From assembly GCA_025055635.1 (NCBI GenBank), contig JANWWQ010000006.1, positions 1,116 to 65,115 of the forward strand: a stretch of DNA of 64,000 bases, in the 5' to 3' direction. Below the pieces are notes generated by a model. The model was given only the letters and a program-made list of their open reading frames with translations. It had not been told where the DNA came from and ran no database searches. This stretch comes from Flavobacteriales bacterium (lineage in GTDB: Bacteria; Bacteroidota; Bacteroidia; CAIKAF01). Both the position numbers and the translations under genes were made by a program. Below are positions 20,301 to 30,663 of this stretch, piece by piece. The number at the start of each line of letters is the position of its first letter. Position 1 is the stretch's first letter.

Positions 20301-21166
20301 AAAACTTCCTCATTCTTTCGGTAAGTTTCTGGGTTTCCGGCCTTCGCGGTCAGCCGGTGGGATGGCGGTTGCGTTGGCCCCTCCCCTCCCCTGAGCTCCA
20401 GGAAAATAGTGGAATGGTCTTAATTCAGGGAAACCTCCTATTTATTAATGATAGTAAAAATGAAGCCCGTGTTTTCATTACAGACACCCTCATGGGCAAG
20501 TTGAAGTTCTCCTGCGCCATCCGGAAAGCTGTTAATGTGGATTGGGAAGACCTAGCAGCGGACGCTGATTATCTGTACATTGGTGACTTTGGTAACAATA
20601 GCGGCACCCGCAGCCACATGGCCATTTTAAGGATTCCCCTTTCCTGCTTATTTTCCAAGCCAGCCTGTAACGCAGAATTCATATATTTTGAATGCGAAGA
20701 CCAAAGGGAATTCCATTGGAGACCCCAACAACACAATTTTGATTTTGAGGCCCTCTGCGTGGTGGGCGATAGCCTTCTTCTATTTTCTAAAAATTGGAGA
20801 GATCATAATACTCGCGCCTACGTCCTACCTAAAAATCCAGGCCACTATAAGCTCCGGCCCCGGGCCACTTTGCCGGTGGGTGGACTCATTACAGCAGCTG
20901 ACTACCTTCCCTCCCAAAAAATATTGGCCCTTTGCGGTTATCAACCTCATGGAAACAGCTTGGAACCCTTCCTGATTCTTTGGAAAAACTTTTCCCTAAA
21001 GGCCCTTACCACCCCTTCCTTTAAAAAAATTCCTCTGCCCCAGGCCAGCCAGCTCCAAACAGAAGGCCTGGTGTGCCTTGCGCCCCACCGTTTCTGGATA
21101 AGTCACGAACAAGACAAACGCCGGAACTCATCACAACCCTCACTCTACGAAATCACCCTTCTGTAA
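20285..21166 (+). CDS. Secreted hypothetical protein (beta-propeller-like, DWED/YIGDFGNN family)
   Basis: Signal peptide; ENSG, INDS, DWEDLA, YIGDFGNN, DFEAL, QTEG motifs. Confidence 0.7.
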   Translation: MQVFLKNFLILSVSFWVSGLRGQPVGWRLRWPLPSPELQENSGMVLIQGNLLFINDSKNEARVFITDTLMGKLKFSCAIRKAVNVDWEDLAADADYLYIGDFGNNSGTRSHMAILRIPLSCLFSKPACNAEFIYFECEDQREFHWRPQQHNFDFEALCVVGDSLLLFSKNWRDHNTRAYVLPKNPGHYKLRPRATLPVGGLITAADYLPSQKILALCGYQPHGNSLEPFLILWKNFSLKALTTPSFKKIPLPQASQLQTEGLVCLAPHRFWISHEQDKRRNSSQPSLYEITLL

Positions 21167-21173
21167 AGCTTTT

Positions 21174-21914
21174 ATGGTAGGGCCCATGAAAGTGGTTGTG
21201 GTGTTGCCGGCTTACAATGCCGCTGCCACTCTGGAAAAAACTTACCGCGAAATTCCTCACGACCTGGTGGACGAAATAATTCTCGTTGATGATGGCGGAT
21301 CCGATAATACAGTGGAGCTGGCCGCCAGCCTGGGCATCCGCCACATTCATCGCCACCCCTTCAACAAAGGGTACGGCGCTAATCAGAAAACTTGCTACAC
21401 CCTCGCCCTGGCTTCTGGAGCAGACATCATAATTATGCTTCATCCAGATTACCAGTACACCCCTAAACTTATTCCGGCTATGGCCCATATTATTGCCTCC
21501 GGTTTATACCCCGTCGTGTTGGGCTCCCGAATCCTCGGCAACGGAGCCCGTCGCGGTGGCATGCCGCTCATTAAGTACGTGGCCAATCGTGTTCTTACTT
21601 TTTTTCAGAATATTTTCCTCGGCGCCAAGCTTTCGGAATATCATACCGGTTACAGAGCCTATCACCGGTCCGTCCTGGAAAGTATCCGTTTCATGGATAA
21701 CTCAGACGATTTCATTTTTGACAACGAAGTGCTCTCACAGATTATTATGAAGGGATTTGCCATTGCCGAGATTACCTGTCCCACCCGATACGATCCTGAA
21801 AGTAGCTCAATCAGTTTGAGCCGTAGTGTAGTATACGGTTTGGGGGTGTTGCGCGTCACAATTCAGCATATTCTTCACAAGTGGGGCATTAAGACCCACC
21901 GCCGTTACCTATGA
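21174..21914 (+). CDS. GT2 glycosyltransferase (polyprenol-phosphate glycosyltransferase, Dpm1/ArnC-like)
   Basis: VVLPAYN, VDDGGSD, NKGYG, HPDYQY, GSR. Start may be MKVVV at 21186. Confidence 0.9.
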   Translation: MVGPMKVVVVLPAYNAAATLEKTYREIPHDLVDEIILVDDGGSDNTVELAASLGIRHIHRHPFNKGYGANQKTCYTLALASGADIIIMLHPDYQYTPKLIPAMAHIIASGLYPVVLGSRILGNGARRGGMPLIKYVANRVLTFFQNIFLGAKLSEYHTGYRAYHRSVLESIRFMDNSDDFIFDNEVLSQIIMKGFAIAEITCPTRYDPESSSISLSRSVVYGLGVLRVTIQHILHKWGIKTHRRYL

Positions 21915-23455
21915 AATTCCGGGCGGTTCCGCAATGGATTCTGGCCGCCGTTTGGGCCCTGGTGCTCTGGCTGCCAGGGCTAGGTGCTGTCCCTTTGTTT
22001 GATTGGGATGAAATCAACTTTGCCGAAGTGAGCCGCGAAATGGTCATCAGTGGCCAATACCTTCAGCCTACCATCAACTTCCAGCCCTTCTGGGAGAAAC
22101 CCCCTTTATTCTTCTGGCTCCAGGCCTTGAGCTACCATCTGTGGGGTATTAATGAATGTGCGGCCCGCTTGCCTAACGTCTTCTGTGGTCTTGTCACATT
22201 AGGGTGGATGGCACGAGCTATTCCTGGCCCAGGCTCCCTGTGGGCCATGCTCTATGCGGGTTCTCTTTTACCGCATTTGTACTTCCGATCTGGAATTATA
22301 GATCCTTGGTACAATCTATTCGGCTTTTGGATGCTCTGGTACGGATTGAAAGCCCTGGACGCAGGGCATATCCGTCACTTCATTGTGGCCGGCCTGTGTG
22401 GAGGCTTGGCCCTCGCCACCAAAGGTCCCGCCGTACCGGGGCTCGTGAGCATCACTTTGGGAATATATTCACTGCGATACAGGTGCTGGCGCAAATCATA
22501 CCCGGTCGCCTGGATTGCCGGCATCAGTATCTTTTGTGCAGTGGGGCTAATCTGGTATATCCTCTACGGATTAAAATACGGTCCTCAGCTCCTGCAGGAT
22601 TTCTTGAGCTATCAAATTCGCTTGCTTTCTACCTCCGATGCTGGCCACACAGGATTTCCAGGATTTCATGGGGCGGTTCTTTTTGTGGGTCTCATGCCTG
22701 CATCGGCCTTCTTTTTGGGTGCTATACCGCAAGGCCTTCGCAGAGATTATTGGCCCCACCTGCTTCTCGTCATTCTAGTGGTAGGAGCTTTTTCTATCGT
22801 GAAGACCAAGATTGTACACTATTCCTCCTTGGCCTACTTTCCTATCACCTGGATGGCGGCCCTCTGGCTTTGGGAACGCCGGAATGCCCGTATTCCCGCC
22901 GGCCCACGTATCGTAGCGGCCTTCCAATGGCTCTTTTTGGCTCTTGGATTGGCCGTGTCCATACTATTTCTCTTAAAACCTCAAAATTTCTTGCCCCACA
23001 TACAGGATGAGCTGGTCAGAGCCAACATCCTTCACGCCTCACCCGCCCTGCGTTGGCCGGCAGTGGTAGCGCTTTTTACGGCTTCGGCTGCATCCTTCTC
23101 ATTGCTGGGGGCCCATTCCTTTAAAAGGCTCCAACGCGCCCTAATCCTCACCACACTAACCATCACCCTCGCCATTTACGGAGTCGTCCCAACCGTGGAA
23201 CGCATTTCCCAGGGGCCAGTCATTGATGCCTGCCTGAAAGCAAAACATCACGGATTACCCGTGTATACCAGCAACTTCAAATCCTACGCCCCCTACTTTT
23301 ACGGAGCTGTCATGCCGCCCGGTTGGCCTCATCCCCCACAAAGCGGTTCCTATGCCCTTATATTTCGCCGCGACAAGCCATTCCACATACCCTCTGATTG
23401 CCCCTGCGATACCCTAGGGGGCTATCTGGTGTGTTTAAAACTTTTCAATAATTAG
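21911..23455 (+). CDS. ArnT/PMT-like GT-C membrane glycosyltransferase (GT39/GT83)
   Basis: DWDEINFAEVSREM, EKPPLFFW, AARLP, TKGP; many TM helices. Confidence 0.87.
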   Translation: MKFRAVPQWILAAVWALVLWLPGLGAVPLFDWDEINFAEVSREMVISGQYLQPTINFQPFWEKPPLFFWLQALSYHLWGINECAARLPNVFCGLVTLGWMARAIPGPGSLWAMLYAGSLLPHLYFRSGIIDPWYNLFGFWMLWYGLKALDAGHIRHFIVAGLCGGLALATKGPAVPGLVSITLGIYSLRYRCWRKSYPVAWIAGISIFCAVGLIWYILYGLKYGPQLLQDFLSYQIRLLSTSDAGHTGFPGFHGAVLFVGLMPASAFFLGAIPQGLRRDYWPHLLLVILVVGAFSIVKTKIVHYSSLAYFPITWMAALWLWERRNARIPAGPRIVAAFQWLFLALGLAVSILFLLKPQNFLPHIQDELVRANILHASPALRWPAVVALFTASAASFSLLGAHSFKRLQRALILTTLTITLAIYGVVPTVERISQGPVIDACLKAKHHGLPVYTSNFKSYAPYFYGAVMPPGWPHPPQSGSYALIFRRDKPFHIPSDCPCDTLGGYLVCLKLFNN

Positions 23456-23476
23456 TTTTTTGACTAAATAATTTCC

Positions 23477-23487
23477 GGGCGTGCCCC
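23477..23487 (+). repeat. Isolated GGGCGTGCCCC head of the dispersed repeat
   Basis: Lies in the 42-bp gap between convergent genes; matches the head of copy A with one change. Confidence 0.3.
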
Positions 23488-23497
23488 GTCTTCTATT

Positions 23498-23962
23498 TCA
23501 GTCATCTTGACCCTTCAATATTCTCAAGAGCCACAACGTACCTCCCGTAAAAAGCGAAAAAAACATCACCAGCGTAATCCCGGGCAACCAGAAACCCCGC
23601 AGCCCCTGCAAAAAGCCTATAGAAGGCGCTAAGGGGTGGTATAGCGCCTTAAAAGGTGCTGCCCGCTCCAGATCGGTGTACAGCACCGTGGAAATCCGCT
23701 GAACCTCATACCGACCGGAAGGCGTCTCGTAGTATAATTTGATATAATAATGATAAGTGCCATCAGATCGGACATCCAGCAATCTCTTTTCAACCAGCAC
23801 CGGCACAGAAACAGCCGTAAAAAAGAATAACAGCATGACCGCCGTACCTCCCATAGCGGGTAGCCCAAACGCCAGCCAGGCAAACAACAGTTCCGAAGGA
23901 TGCGGCCACTCGGCTGGATCATCTCCGGCAAACCGCTGAAGAAACCGCTTGAGAAGGATCAC
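23498..23962 (-). CDS. Hypothetical membrane protein (two TM segments flanking a beta-rich loop, DUF3592-like)
   Basis: GTGA overlap with the upstream stop; hydrophobic ends. Confidence 0.55.
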   Translation of the reverse strand: MILLKRFLQRFAGDDPAEWPHPSELLFAWLAFGLPAMGGTAVMLLFFFTAVSVPVLVEKRLLDVRSDGTYHYYIKLYYETPSGRYEVQRISTVLYTDLERAAPFKALYHPLAPSIGFLQGLRGFWLPGITLVMFFSLFTGGTLWLLRILKGQDD

Positions 23963-25290
23963 GAAATTTCAACCTCTGTATCCTTAAATTTAAACACGCC
24001 GCTTGCTACCAGTTTTTCCCATAAGGGCTCATACAACTCTGGCAATGTGGGGCGCAACACCCCGCATGACCTCAAACGTCCTTCAGCCACAAGGATAGTG
24101 GCCTCCGCCAATGTTAGGCCCACCGTACGCGCCATAGCTGTATAGAGAGCATCCCGCCCATCTTCCACCAAGGAGGAGATGAGGCCATACCTCCGGCCTC
24201 CACGTTGCCAAATAATTTGGTGCACCAAAACCACCCGATCTCTGTCATTGGGCCTGAGCCGCCATTTTTCCTCCAGAATTTTTTGAAGATACCCAGCGGC
24301 CGTCGGCAGGCCTTCTGCCATCAAAGGTTCAGAACTGAACAGCTCTAAAAATTCCAAAGCTTCCACCACCTCCTGCGATTCACCAAAAGAATGCAATTTC
24401 AAAACTTCCGAGAGCGAGGAAAATCCCAGAGTCTGCATCAGGCGGAAGCGCGGCTCGCCCCTCAACCACGGCAAAGGGGTAGTGTCATCGGTGAGCCCCG
24501 CGCTCAAAACCATGTGCCAGGCCCTGCAAAAAGGAGAGCGTCTCAGGGTGCCGCGGAGAAAGGTGGGGCATCCCTCCAGTCCGTAGAGGGGCGCATAGAG
24601 CAAGGAATCCCGATTTGCATATAACTCAAAAGTCCCTACCCCCTCAATTTCCACTCTGTGGGCCATGGCAAAAAGCCTATGGGCCGGGCACAGCCTGATT
24701 TGCCCCTCTTCCCGGTACAGGGCTGCACCTCCTTGTCCGGCCAGCACCACATTGCGCGGGTTCCAGGTGAACTTGTATCCCCAAGGATTTGTATCACTTT
24801 CGGGAGCCACAAGACCTCCACAGGCTGATTTAAAAGAAACCACTGTGCCACCTTCCTGGCGGATCCGATCCAACAGCATCATGGCCGAGATGTGGTCAAG
24901 GCCCGGATCCACCCCACATTCATTGAGGAAAATAAGACCCGCTTGGACAGCCTCTTTATGTAACGATTCCATGGCGGGGGTCACGTATGAAGCCGTCACT
25001 AGATGTCGCCCATACCGGAGGCATTGTTGGGCTACAGCGGGGTGTTCTGTGGCCGGCAACAGCGAAACCACAATGTCGTGGGCCGCAATCAAAGCCTCAC
25101 GCGCAGCAGGATCAGCAGAGGAGAGCTCTGCAGCAGAAGCAGCTCTGTGTTTTGCACAGCGGGCTTTTGCCAAATCCCCATTCAGGTCGGCTACGGTCAG
25201 CTTTCCATCCCTTTCAGCACACCACTCTGCCAGCCGGTCTATAGCGTAAGGTGAAGACTTTCCGGCCCCCAAAATCAATATCCGTTTCAC
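23959..25290 (-). CDS. Saccharopine dehydrogenase (lysine catabolism type)
   Basis: [37 protein letters not shown]. Start GTG 25290; the track's extension overlaps rpmG. Confidence 0.9.
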   Translation of the reverse strand: MKRILILGAGKSSPYAIDRLAEWCAERDGKLTVADLNGDLAKARCAKHRAASAAELSSADPAAREALIAAHDIVVSLLPATEHPAVAQQCLRYGRHLVTASYVTPAMESLHKEAVQAGLIFLNECGVDPGLDHISAMMLLDRIRQEGGTVVSFKSACGGLVAPESDTNPWGYKFTWNPRNVVLAGQGGAALYREEGQIRLCPAHRLFAMAHRVEIEGVGTFELYANRDSLLYAPLYGLEGCPTFLRGTLRRSPFCRAWHMVLSAGLTDDTTPLPWLRGEPRFRLMQTLGFSSLSEVLKLHSFGESQEVVEALEFLELFSSEPLMAEGLPTAAGYLQKILEEKWRLRPNDRDRVVLVHQIIWQRGGRRYGLISSLVEDGRDALYTAMARTVGLTLAEATILVAEGRLRSCGVLRPTLPELYEPLWEKLVASGVFKFKDTEVEIS

Positions 25291-25360
25291 GGCTACAAAA
25301 ATTGGAAATGGATTATACCTTCTAACAAACAATTTTCTATCTTTGCAACCCCTTTTGGTT

Positions 25361-25549
25361 ATGGCTAAAAAAGGCAAAGGCAACCGCATCCAGGTTATTC
25401 TGGAGTGTACAGAGCAAAAAAACACCAACGTGCCCGGAATCTCCCGGTACATCACTACCAAAAACCGAAAGAATACCCCTGACCGTTTGGAACTCAGAAA
25501 ATATAATCCATATTTAAAAAGGGTTACTCTTCATAAAGAAATCAAATAA
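25361..25549 (+). CDS. rpmG: 50S ribosomal protein L33
   Basis: [18 protein letters not shown]...[22 protein letters not shown]; TATCTTTG promoter at about 25338. Confidence 0.96.
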   Translation: MAKKGKGNRIQVILECTEQKNTNVPGISRYITTKNRKNTPDRLELRKYNPYLKRVTLHKEIK

Positions 25550-25562
25550 TTGACCTTTACTT

Positions 25563-25715
25563 ATGGCCAAGAAAACCGTCGCAACGCTCAAGCAAGGACA
25601 AGGCAAAGAATTCGTACGTGTCGTCAAAATGGTAAAAAACGAACGCGGTACTTACTCCTTTCGCGAGGAAATCGTGCACAAGGATCACGTGAAGGACTTC
25701 TTTGGTAAGAAATAG
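25563..25715 (+). CDS. DUF4295 small basic protein (Bacteroidota-specific, ribosome-associated)
   Basis: Manual translation MAKKTVATLKQGQGKEFVRVVKMVKNERGTYSFREEIVHKDHVKDFFGKK; conserved rpmG-DUF4295-ftsY order. Confidence 0.9.
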   Translation: MAKKTVATLKQGQGKEFVRVVKMVKNERGTYSFREEIVHKDHVKDFFGKK

Positions 25716-25768
25716 TGTAAGGTCTTCTATAAGGTAATAGTCGGACGGAGTGCATATTGGCCTGCATC

Positions 25769-26728
25769 ATGGGCCTCTTCTCATTTTTAAAGGCTAGCGA
25801 TAAAAAACAGACCCTGCAGAGCGGCCTGGCCAAAACGCGCCAGAGCCTTTTGGAAAAAGTCAGGCACGCCATTTTAGGAAAATCCTCGGTTGACGATGAA
25901 GTTCTGGACCGACTGGAAGAAGGATTCATCCAAGCCGATGTAGGCGTAGACACCACACTCAAAATCATTGATAAGCTGAGGGCCCGTGTAGCCCGAGAAA
26001 AATACGTGGGCATTGAGGAGCTTACAGCACTTCTAAAGGAAGAAGTGATCAGCCTCTTGCCTCTGCCTCCGGAAAATGCCCCAGAAGAGTACCGAAAACC
26101 TTATGTAATCCTTGTGGTGGGGGTTAATGGAGTAGGTAAAACCACCACCGTCGGTAAATTGGCCTGGTTGTACGGACAGGCCGGGAAAAAAGTCATCTTA
26201 GGGGCAGCCGATACATTCAGGGCCGCTGCGGTGGATCAGCTGAAGATTTGGAGCGAACGCAGTGGAGCCTACCTCGTTCAAAAGGGAATGGGGGCAGACC
26301 CGGCCAGCGTAGCCTTTGATACCCTGAACGCCGCCAAAGCCCGGCAGGCCGATATCGTGATCATAGACACCGCCGGCCGCCTGCATAATAAAAAGCACCT
26401 CATGGACGAACTGACTAAGGTGCGCAACGTAATGAAAAAAGTCATCCCCGACGCTCCTCATGAAGTGATGCTTATTCTAGACGGTAGCACGGGTCAGAAC
26501 GCCTTTGAACAGGCCCGTCAGTTCACTGCCGCCACCCAAGTGAACAGCCTTACCATCACTAAACTGGACGGCACAGCCAAGGGCGGAGTGGTGCTAGGGG
26601 TGGCCGATACTTTCAAGCTGCCGGTGCGTTTCATTGGTGTAGGCGAGAAACCCCAGGATCTTCAACCTTTTGACCGCGAAGCTTTCGTGGATTCCTTGTT
26701 TGAAGGCTGGCTCCTCATTCCCAACTAA
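25769..26728 (+). CDS. ftsY: Signal recognition particle receptor FtsY
   Basis: GVNGVGKTT, DTFRAAA, DTAGR, TKLDGTAKGG. Confidence 0.97.
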   Translation: MGLFSFLKASDKKQTLQSGLAKTRQSLLEKVRHAILGKSSVDDEVLDRLEEGFIQADVGVDTTLKIIDKLRARVAREKYVGIEELTALLKEEVISLLPLPPENAPEEYRKPYVILVVGVNGVGKTTTVGKLAWLYGQAGKKVILGAADTFRAAAVDQLKIWSERSGAYLVQKGMGADPASVAFDTLNAAKARQADIVIIDTAGRLHNKKHLMDELTKVRNVMKKVIPDAPHEVMLILDGSTGQNAFEQARQFTAATQVNSLTITKLDGTAKGGVVLGVADTFKLPVRFIGVGEKPQDLQPFDREAFVDSLFEGWLLIPN

Positions 26729-28284
26729 GGCCTGTCTGCACCTGACTGAACTTCATACAAGACATATTGGCTATTTTCCATGATGGCCTTTAATCTCTCT
26801 GAAGCTCTCCAAACATCATCGGTCCGACGGGCAAGAACGTAGGCTGCTTGGCGATCCTGAGTGTACAGGGTTATCTTGCCTTCACGGAAGGCACGCGAAG
26901 CCCGATCAATAAGCTTTTCCTTCACCGGCCATGAGTAGGGGATCCGAAAAACCGTGGAAAAATCCTTAAACCAGGAGCAAGCCCGAGTGGGCTGTGGCCA
27001 CACAGCCCGATAGCCTATAAGAAGAGGTCTGCGCGCTTCGTAAGAAAAACGATCGTTGGTGGGATCAACTAAGAACAAGGCGTCCTGCGGGGTGTGAAGT
27101 CGGATAAAACGGTGCATCTCCGAAAGCGGGTCCTTTTGCTTTTCCCAAGGCCAGCAAGATTCAGGTGGTTCCTTGAAAGTAGCCGCACCTAAAACCAGAC
27201 TAGGGATAATCCAACGGATCCATATCCTCAATCGATATGAAAGGAAATCTTCACACATCTTGCCTGCAACACCTGCAATCATCAAACTTGCTCCTGCGCT
27301 TGCCCAGATAGTTGTCTTAGGCCACTGGGTCCGAAATATAGCCTCAAGCCCAGCCACTTCCGTGAGTCCGTAATAGGCAACGCACCCCGCCGTCACAGTT
27401 CCTACCATCCCACTCCAATTCCTCAATACTAGCGGTACACCGGGCCCTAAAACAAGTACAAAAGCCATGGCAACCAAAAAGCCAAACTTTAGAAAATGAT
27501 TGAAAGGAAAAGAAGATATCACAAAATGGTGGGCCAGACGGTAACGAATAAAATAGTCTCCATAACTTAATCCTTCGCAGGTGTTGGCCGAAAAACCTCT
27601 GTCCTGGTAAAGGGTCCACAAGTCAAATCCATTCAATAAAAGGAAGGGTATCAGCCAAAGGAAAATCTTTCTTTTCCAAAACAAAGGCCGGGCCAGGAAT
27701 AAATAAATGATCCCCATGAGGAGCAGGTGCAACCCCAACAGTAAATGAAACCAACCGGCCACCGCCATGGCAATGCCGGCCTGAACCACTTTAACGCCAG
27801 AAAGCCAGGCCAAAGACCACAACCCAGCAGCCAATGCCGGTGTCCCACTCACAAAGGCATTCTCCGCTATCAGGTTATCCCCCAAACTCCAATAATGAAA
27901 AAACAAAAAATGGGTGAAAAGCGGAGCGACAAAGGGAGTTAATAAACTGGTAGGCATCATTCGGGCGCTCCATTCCATCACGGCCCACACTCCTAACCAT
28001 AAACATATCACCGTGAGACCAAAACACCACCAGGCCAGGGAGTGGTCTTGGGCTATTAAAGCCAGGAAAGACACATAATGGCTTCGGATGTCAAACGAAG
28101 CCGTATCCCTCAAATGTTGAAGAAAATAATCGCCGGAATAGAGGCTGGGATACCATCGCTGGAGTAGTGCCGGAAGGTGCTCGGCCTGATCCCCTCCGCC
28201 AAATTGGTAACCATTCCCCACAAAAAAAGCCAGCGTATAAATCCAAGCCGCCCCAGACCACTGAAAGAAACGGGAAAAGCTCAT
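26725..28284 (-). CDS. Multi-pass membrane protein of unknown function (possibly GT-C fold, DUF6798-like)
   Basis: About 10 TM segments plus a C-terminal soluble region (FIRLHTPQDALFLVDP); coupled to the upstream methyltransferase. Confidence 0.6.
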   Translation of the reverse strand: MSFSRFFQWSGAAWIYTLAFFVGNGYQFGGGDQAEHLPALLQRWYPSLYSGDYFLQHLRDTASFDIRSHYVSFLALIAQDHSLAWWCFGLTVICLWLGVWAVMEWSARMMPTSLLTPFVAPLFTHFLFFHYWSLGDNLIAENAFVSGTPALAAGLWSLAWLSGVKVVQAGIAMAVAGWFHLLLGLHLLLMGIIYLFLARPLFWKRKIFLWLIPFLLLNGFDLWTLYQDRGFSANTCEGLSYGDYFIRYRLAHHFVISSFPFNHFLKFGFLVAMAFVLVLGPGVPLVLRNWSGMVGTVTAGCVAYYGLTEVAGLEAIFRTQWPKTTIWASAGASLMIAGVAGKMCEDFLSYRLRIWIRWIIPSLVLGAATFKEPPESCWPWEKQKDPLSEMHRFIRLHTPQDALFLVDPTNDRFSYEARRPLLIGYRAVWPQPTRACSWFKDFSTVFRIPYSWPVKEKLIDRASRAFREGKITLYTQDRQAAYVLARRTDDVWRASERLKAIMENSQYVLYEVQSGADRP

Positions 28285-28886
28285 GACTTTCGGAGTACGA
28301 ACAACTCGTGCCTCACGTAGGGAAACGCAGGCCTGAGCCCACTGTGGTGCTCAATCTGGAGTTTCCTTTCCCCAAAACTGTGGAGATATTTAGAAAGAGA
28401 ATAAAAATTGAGGGGCACGGGCACCCCTTTTTTAAGCTTATTCAGTAGATAATCGTGCACCATCAGTAAAAATTTGCCAACTTGAGTTTTATACATCTCT
28501 TCCACCATAAGAATTCGGCCCCCAGGTTTTAAGACCCGAATAAACTCATCAAGATAAAACAGAGGATCCGACGTATGGTGCATTACAGCACTGGCCAGAA
28601 CGCCATCAAAACTACCGGCCTCAAAAGGTAACGGGCCTCCAGGATATTGTATAAAACCCAAAAGGCTGGCCCGCCGCTCATCCAGGTTGACGTCCCGAAT
28701 TAAGTCCACACCTTTTATCCTGCAACCCGTAAGGGTTATTAAGTATTCAGCCGTGTAACCGTTCCCACAGCCAAAATCCAACAGGTAGGCCTGCGCTGGT
28801 ACAAACGGAGCAACGGCCCGGGCAATCCTATAGCTGCGCCGACGTGTGAGAATCCGGTAAAGGAAATTCTGGGATAGAAGCGTCAT
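28281..28886 (-). CDS. Class I SAM-dependent methyltransferase
   Basis: LDFGCGNG, LPFEAGSFD, RVLKPGG. Confidence 0.88.
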   Translation of the reverse strand: MTLLSQNFLYRILTRRRSYRIARAVAPFVPAQAYLLDFGCGNGYTAEYLITLTGCRIKGVDLIRDVNLDERRASLLGFIQYPGGPLPFEAGSFDGVLASAVMHHTSDPLFYLDEFIRVLKPGGRILMVEEMYKTQVGKFLLMVHDYLLNKLKKGVPVPLNFYSLSKYLHSFGERKLQIEHHSGLRPAFPYVRHELFVLRKS

Positions 28887-29632
28887 GCTTTCCTCAGTCG
28901 GCGCATGATTTCGCTAGAAAATACAAATTCCTGAAGCGCCTCGTTGGGGTCGTCAAAGATGGCCTTGCCATGTCCTTCCCAGGCTTTCCGCCCTCCTACA
29001 AGCAGCACCACATGTTCTCCTATTTCATACACCGAGTTCATATCATGCGTTACAATGATCGTAGTGGTTTGAAATTCTTTTGTAATATTCAAAAGCAATT
29101 CATCAATCAGAGCGGCCGTCTCAGGGTCAAGGCCTGAGTTGGGCTCATCACATAGCAGATATTTTGGATTATTGACTATAGCCCGGGCAATGGCCGTACG
29201 TTTGCGCATTCCTCCGCTGATTTCCGAAGGGTATAGCGAAGCTGCATGGGCCAGATTCACCCTTTCCAAACAAAATTGCACCCGATCCTTTTTCTCTTTT
29301 TCCGATAAGCCAGAAAACATTTCCAAAGGGAAGCGGACATTTTCTTCCACGGTCATGCTGTCAAAGAGAGCTCCCATCTGAAATACCTTTCCCAATTCCC
29401 GACGAATAGTCTGCTGCTCTGACCGATCAACATCGTAAAAGGAACGGCCGTCAAAGTAGACCTTCCCGGCGTCAGGTTTCAAAAGACCTACCAGACATTT
29501 AAGAAACACAGTTTTGCCGGATCCACTTCTGCCAATTACCAGGTTTACCCGACCCTTTTCAAACAAAGCGTCTATATTCTGCAAAACTGTTCTCCCATTG
29601 AACGACTTGCTAAGACCTTCAACCTGTATCAT
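28883..29632 (-). CDS. mlaF: ABC transporter ATPase, MlaF family
   Basis: GRSGSGKT, ISGGMRKR, DEPNSGLDP, THD. Confidence 0.88.
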   Translation of the reverse strand: MIQVEGLSKSFNGRTVLQNIDALFEKGRVNLVIGRSGSGKTVFLKCLVGLLKPDAGKVYFDGRSFYDVDRSEQQTIRRELGKVFQMGALFDSMTVEENVRFPLEMFSGLSEKEKKDRVQFCLERVNLAHAASLYPSEISGGMRKRTAIARAIVNNPKYLLCDEPNSGLDPETAALIDELLLNITKEFQTTTIIVTHDMNSVYEIGEHVVLLVGGRKAWEGHGKAIFDDPNEALQEFVFSSEIMRRLRKA

Positions 29633-30375
29633 AGCAGCATGAGCATCGTAATCACCAGATTGGCCGTCAGAATAGAAAAAATAGAAGCCACCACCGCTTG
29701 GGTGCTGGCATGGCCCACTTCGCTGGCACCTCCCCGTACATAAAAACCCTTGTAGGAAGAAATGGACGAGATAAGAAATGCAAACACAAAGGTTTTCACA
29801 AGGGCGTACACCACATCAAAATATTTAAAGTCCAGTTCCAGCCCCATGATAAAATCCCCATGGGGTATCATACCCGTAAAAACTACAGCGGCGTAGGAAC
29901 CAAAAATGGCAATCACCATACTGAGCAAAACCAAAAAGGGATGGATAAACACAAACCCGACAATTTTAGGTAATATAAGAAAAGAGGCGCTATTAACGCC
30001 CATGATTTCCAACGCATCAATTTGTTCTGAGATGCGCATGCTGCCCAGCTCAGATGCCATGTGAGAACCCACCTTCCCAGCCAGAATCAAAGCCACCACG
30101 GTGGTGGAAAATTCATAAATGATGGACTGGCGGCTGGCATATCCTACTGTATACTTTGGAATCAGGGGCGATTCAATATTGGCCGCCAGTTGAATGGAAA
30201 TCACGGCGCCCATAAATAACGAGATAATAACGATGAGGAAGACACTATTCAAACCTGCAACGCTTATTTCAAACAACACCCTTTTATAAAAAAGCCTAAA
30301 AGGTCCGGGGTTTCTGAAAACGCGTCCCAAAAGGAGGGTATACTCGCCAATGCCTTCAATAAAACTTTTCAGCAC
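29629..30375 (-). CDS. mlaE: ABC transporter permease, MlaE family
   Basis: AGKVGSHMASELGSMRISEQIDALEIMG, GGASEVGHASTQAVV. Confidence 0.9.
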   Translation of the reverse strand: MLKSFIEGIGEYTLLLGRVFRNPGPFRLFYKRVLFEISVAGLNSVFLIVIISLFMGAVISIQLAANIESPLIPKYTVGYASRQSIIYEFSTTVVALILAGKVGSHMASELGSMRISEQIDALEIMGVNSASFLILPKIVGFVFIHPFLVLLSMVIAIFGSYAAVVFTGMIPHGDFIMGLELDFKYFDVVYALVKTFVFAFLISSISSYKGFYVRGGASEVGHASTQAVVASIFSILTANLVITMLMLL

Positions 30376-30663
30376 GGGGTAAATTTACCAGTAGCCTACA
30401 AATCTTATAGGAAAGATGTTTTTTCTCCAAACACCGAGATTCTGCCCAAGAGGATAAAGAAATGGACATTCACCCATGCTATAGAGAAAATTTCGGTAAG
30501 AAAGGCTTAGTTTTCCGGCATTGAATGGCACGAAGGAAGGTCGTTATCATACCCCTGTGAACCTAGGTACTCATTATTCAAACCGGGGATGGACAAGCTT
30601 TCCACTTCCCCTTCTAATTTACCTTTCAATTGAGAGTATTAACTTTGTGGTCCATTTAAGATT

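Noticed and set aside
22204-23010. 268-aa alternate-frame ORF inside the ArnT-like gene, and similar shadow ORFs such as 24665-25249 and 55808-56335
   Set aside because: They overlap well-supported genes, have no motifs and are expected in GC-rich coding DNA
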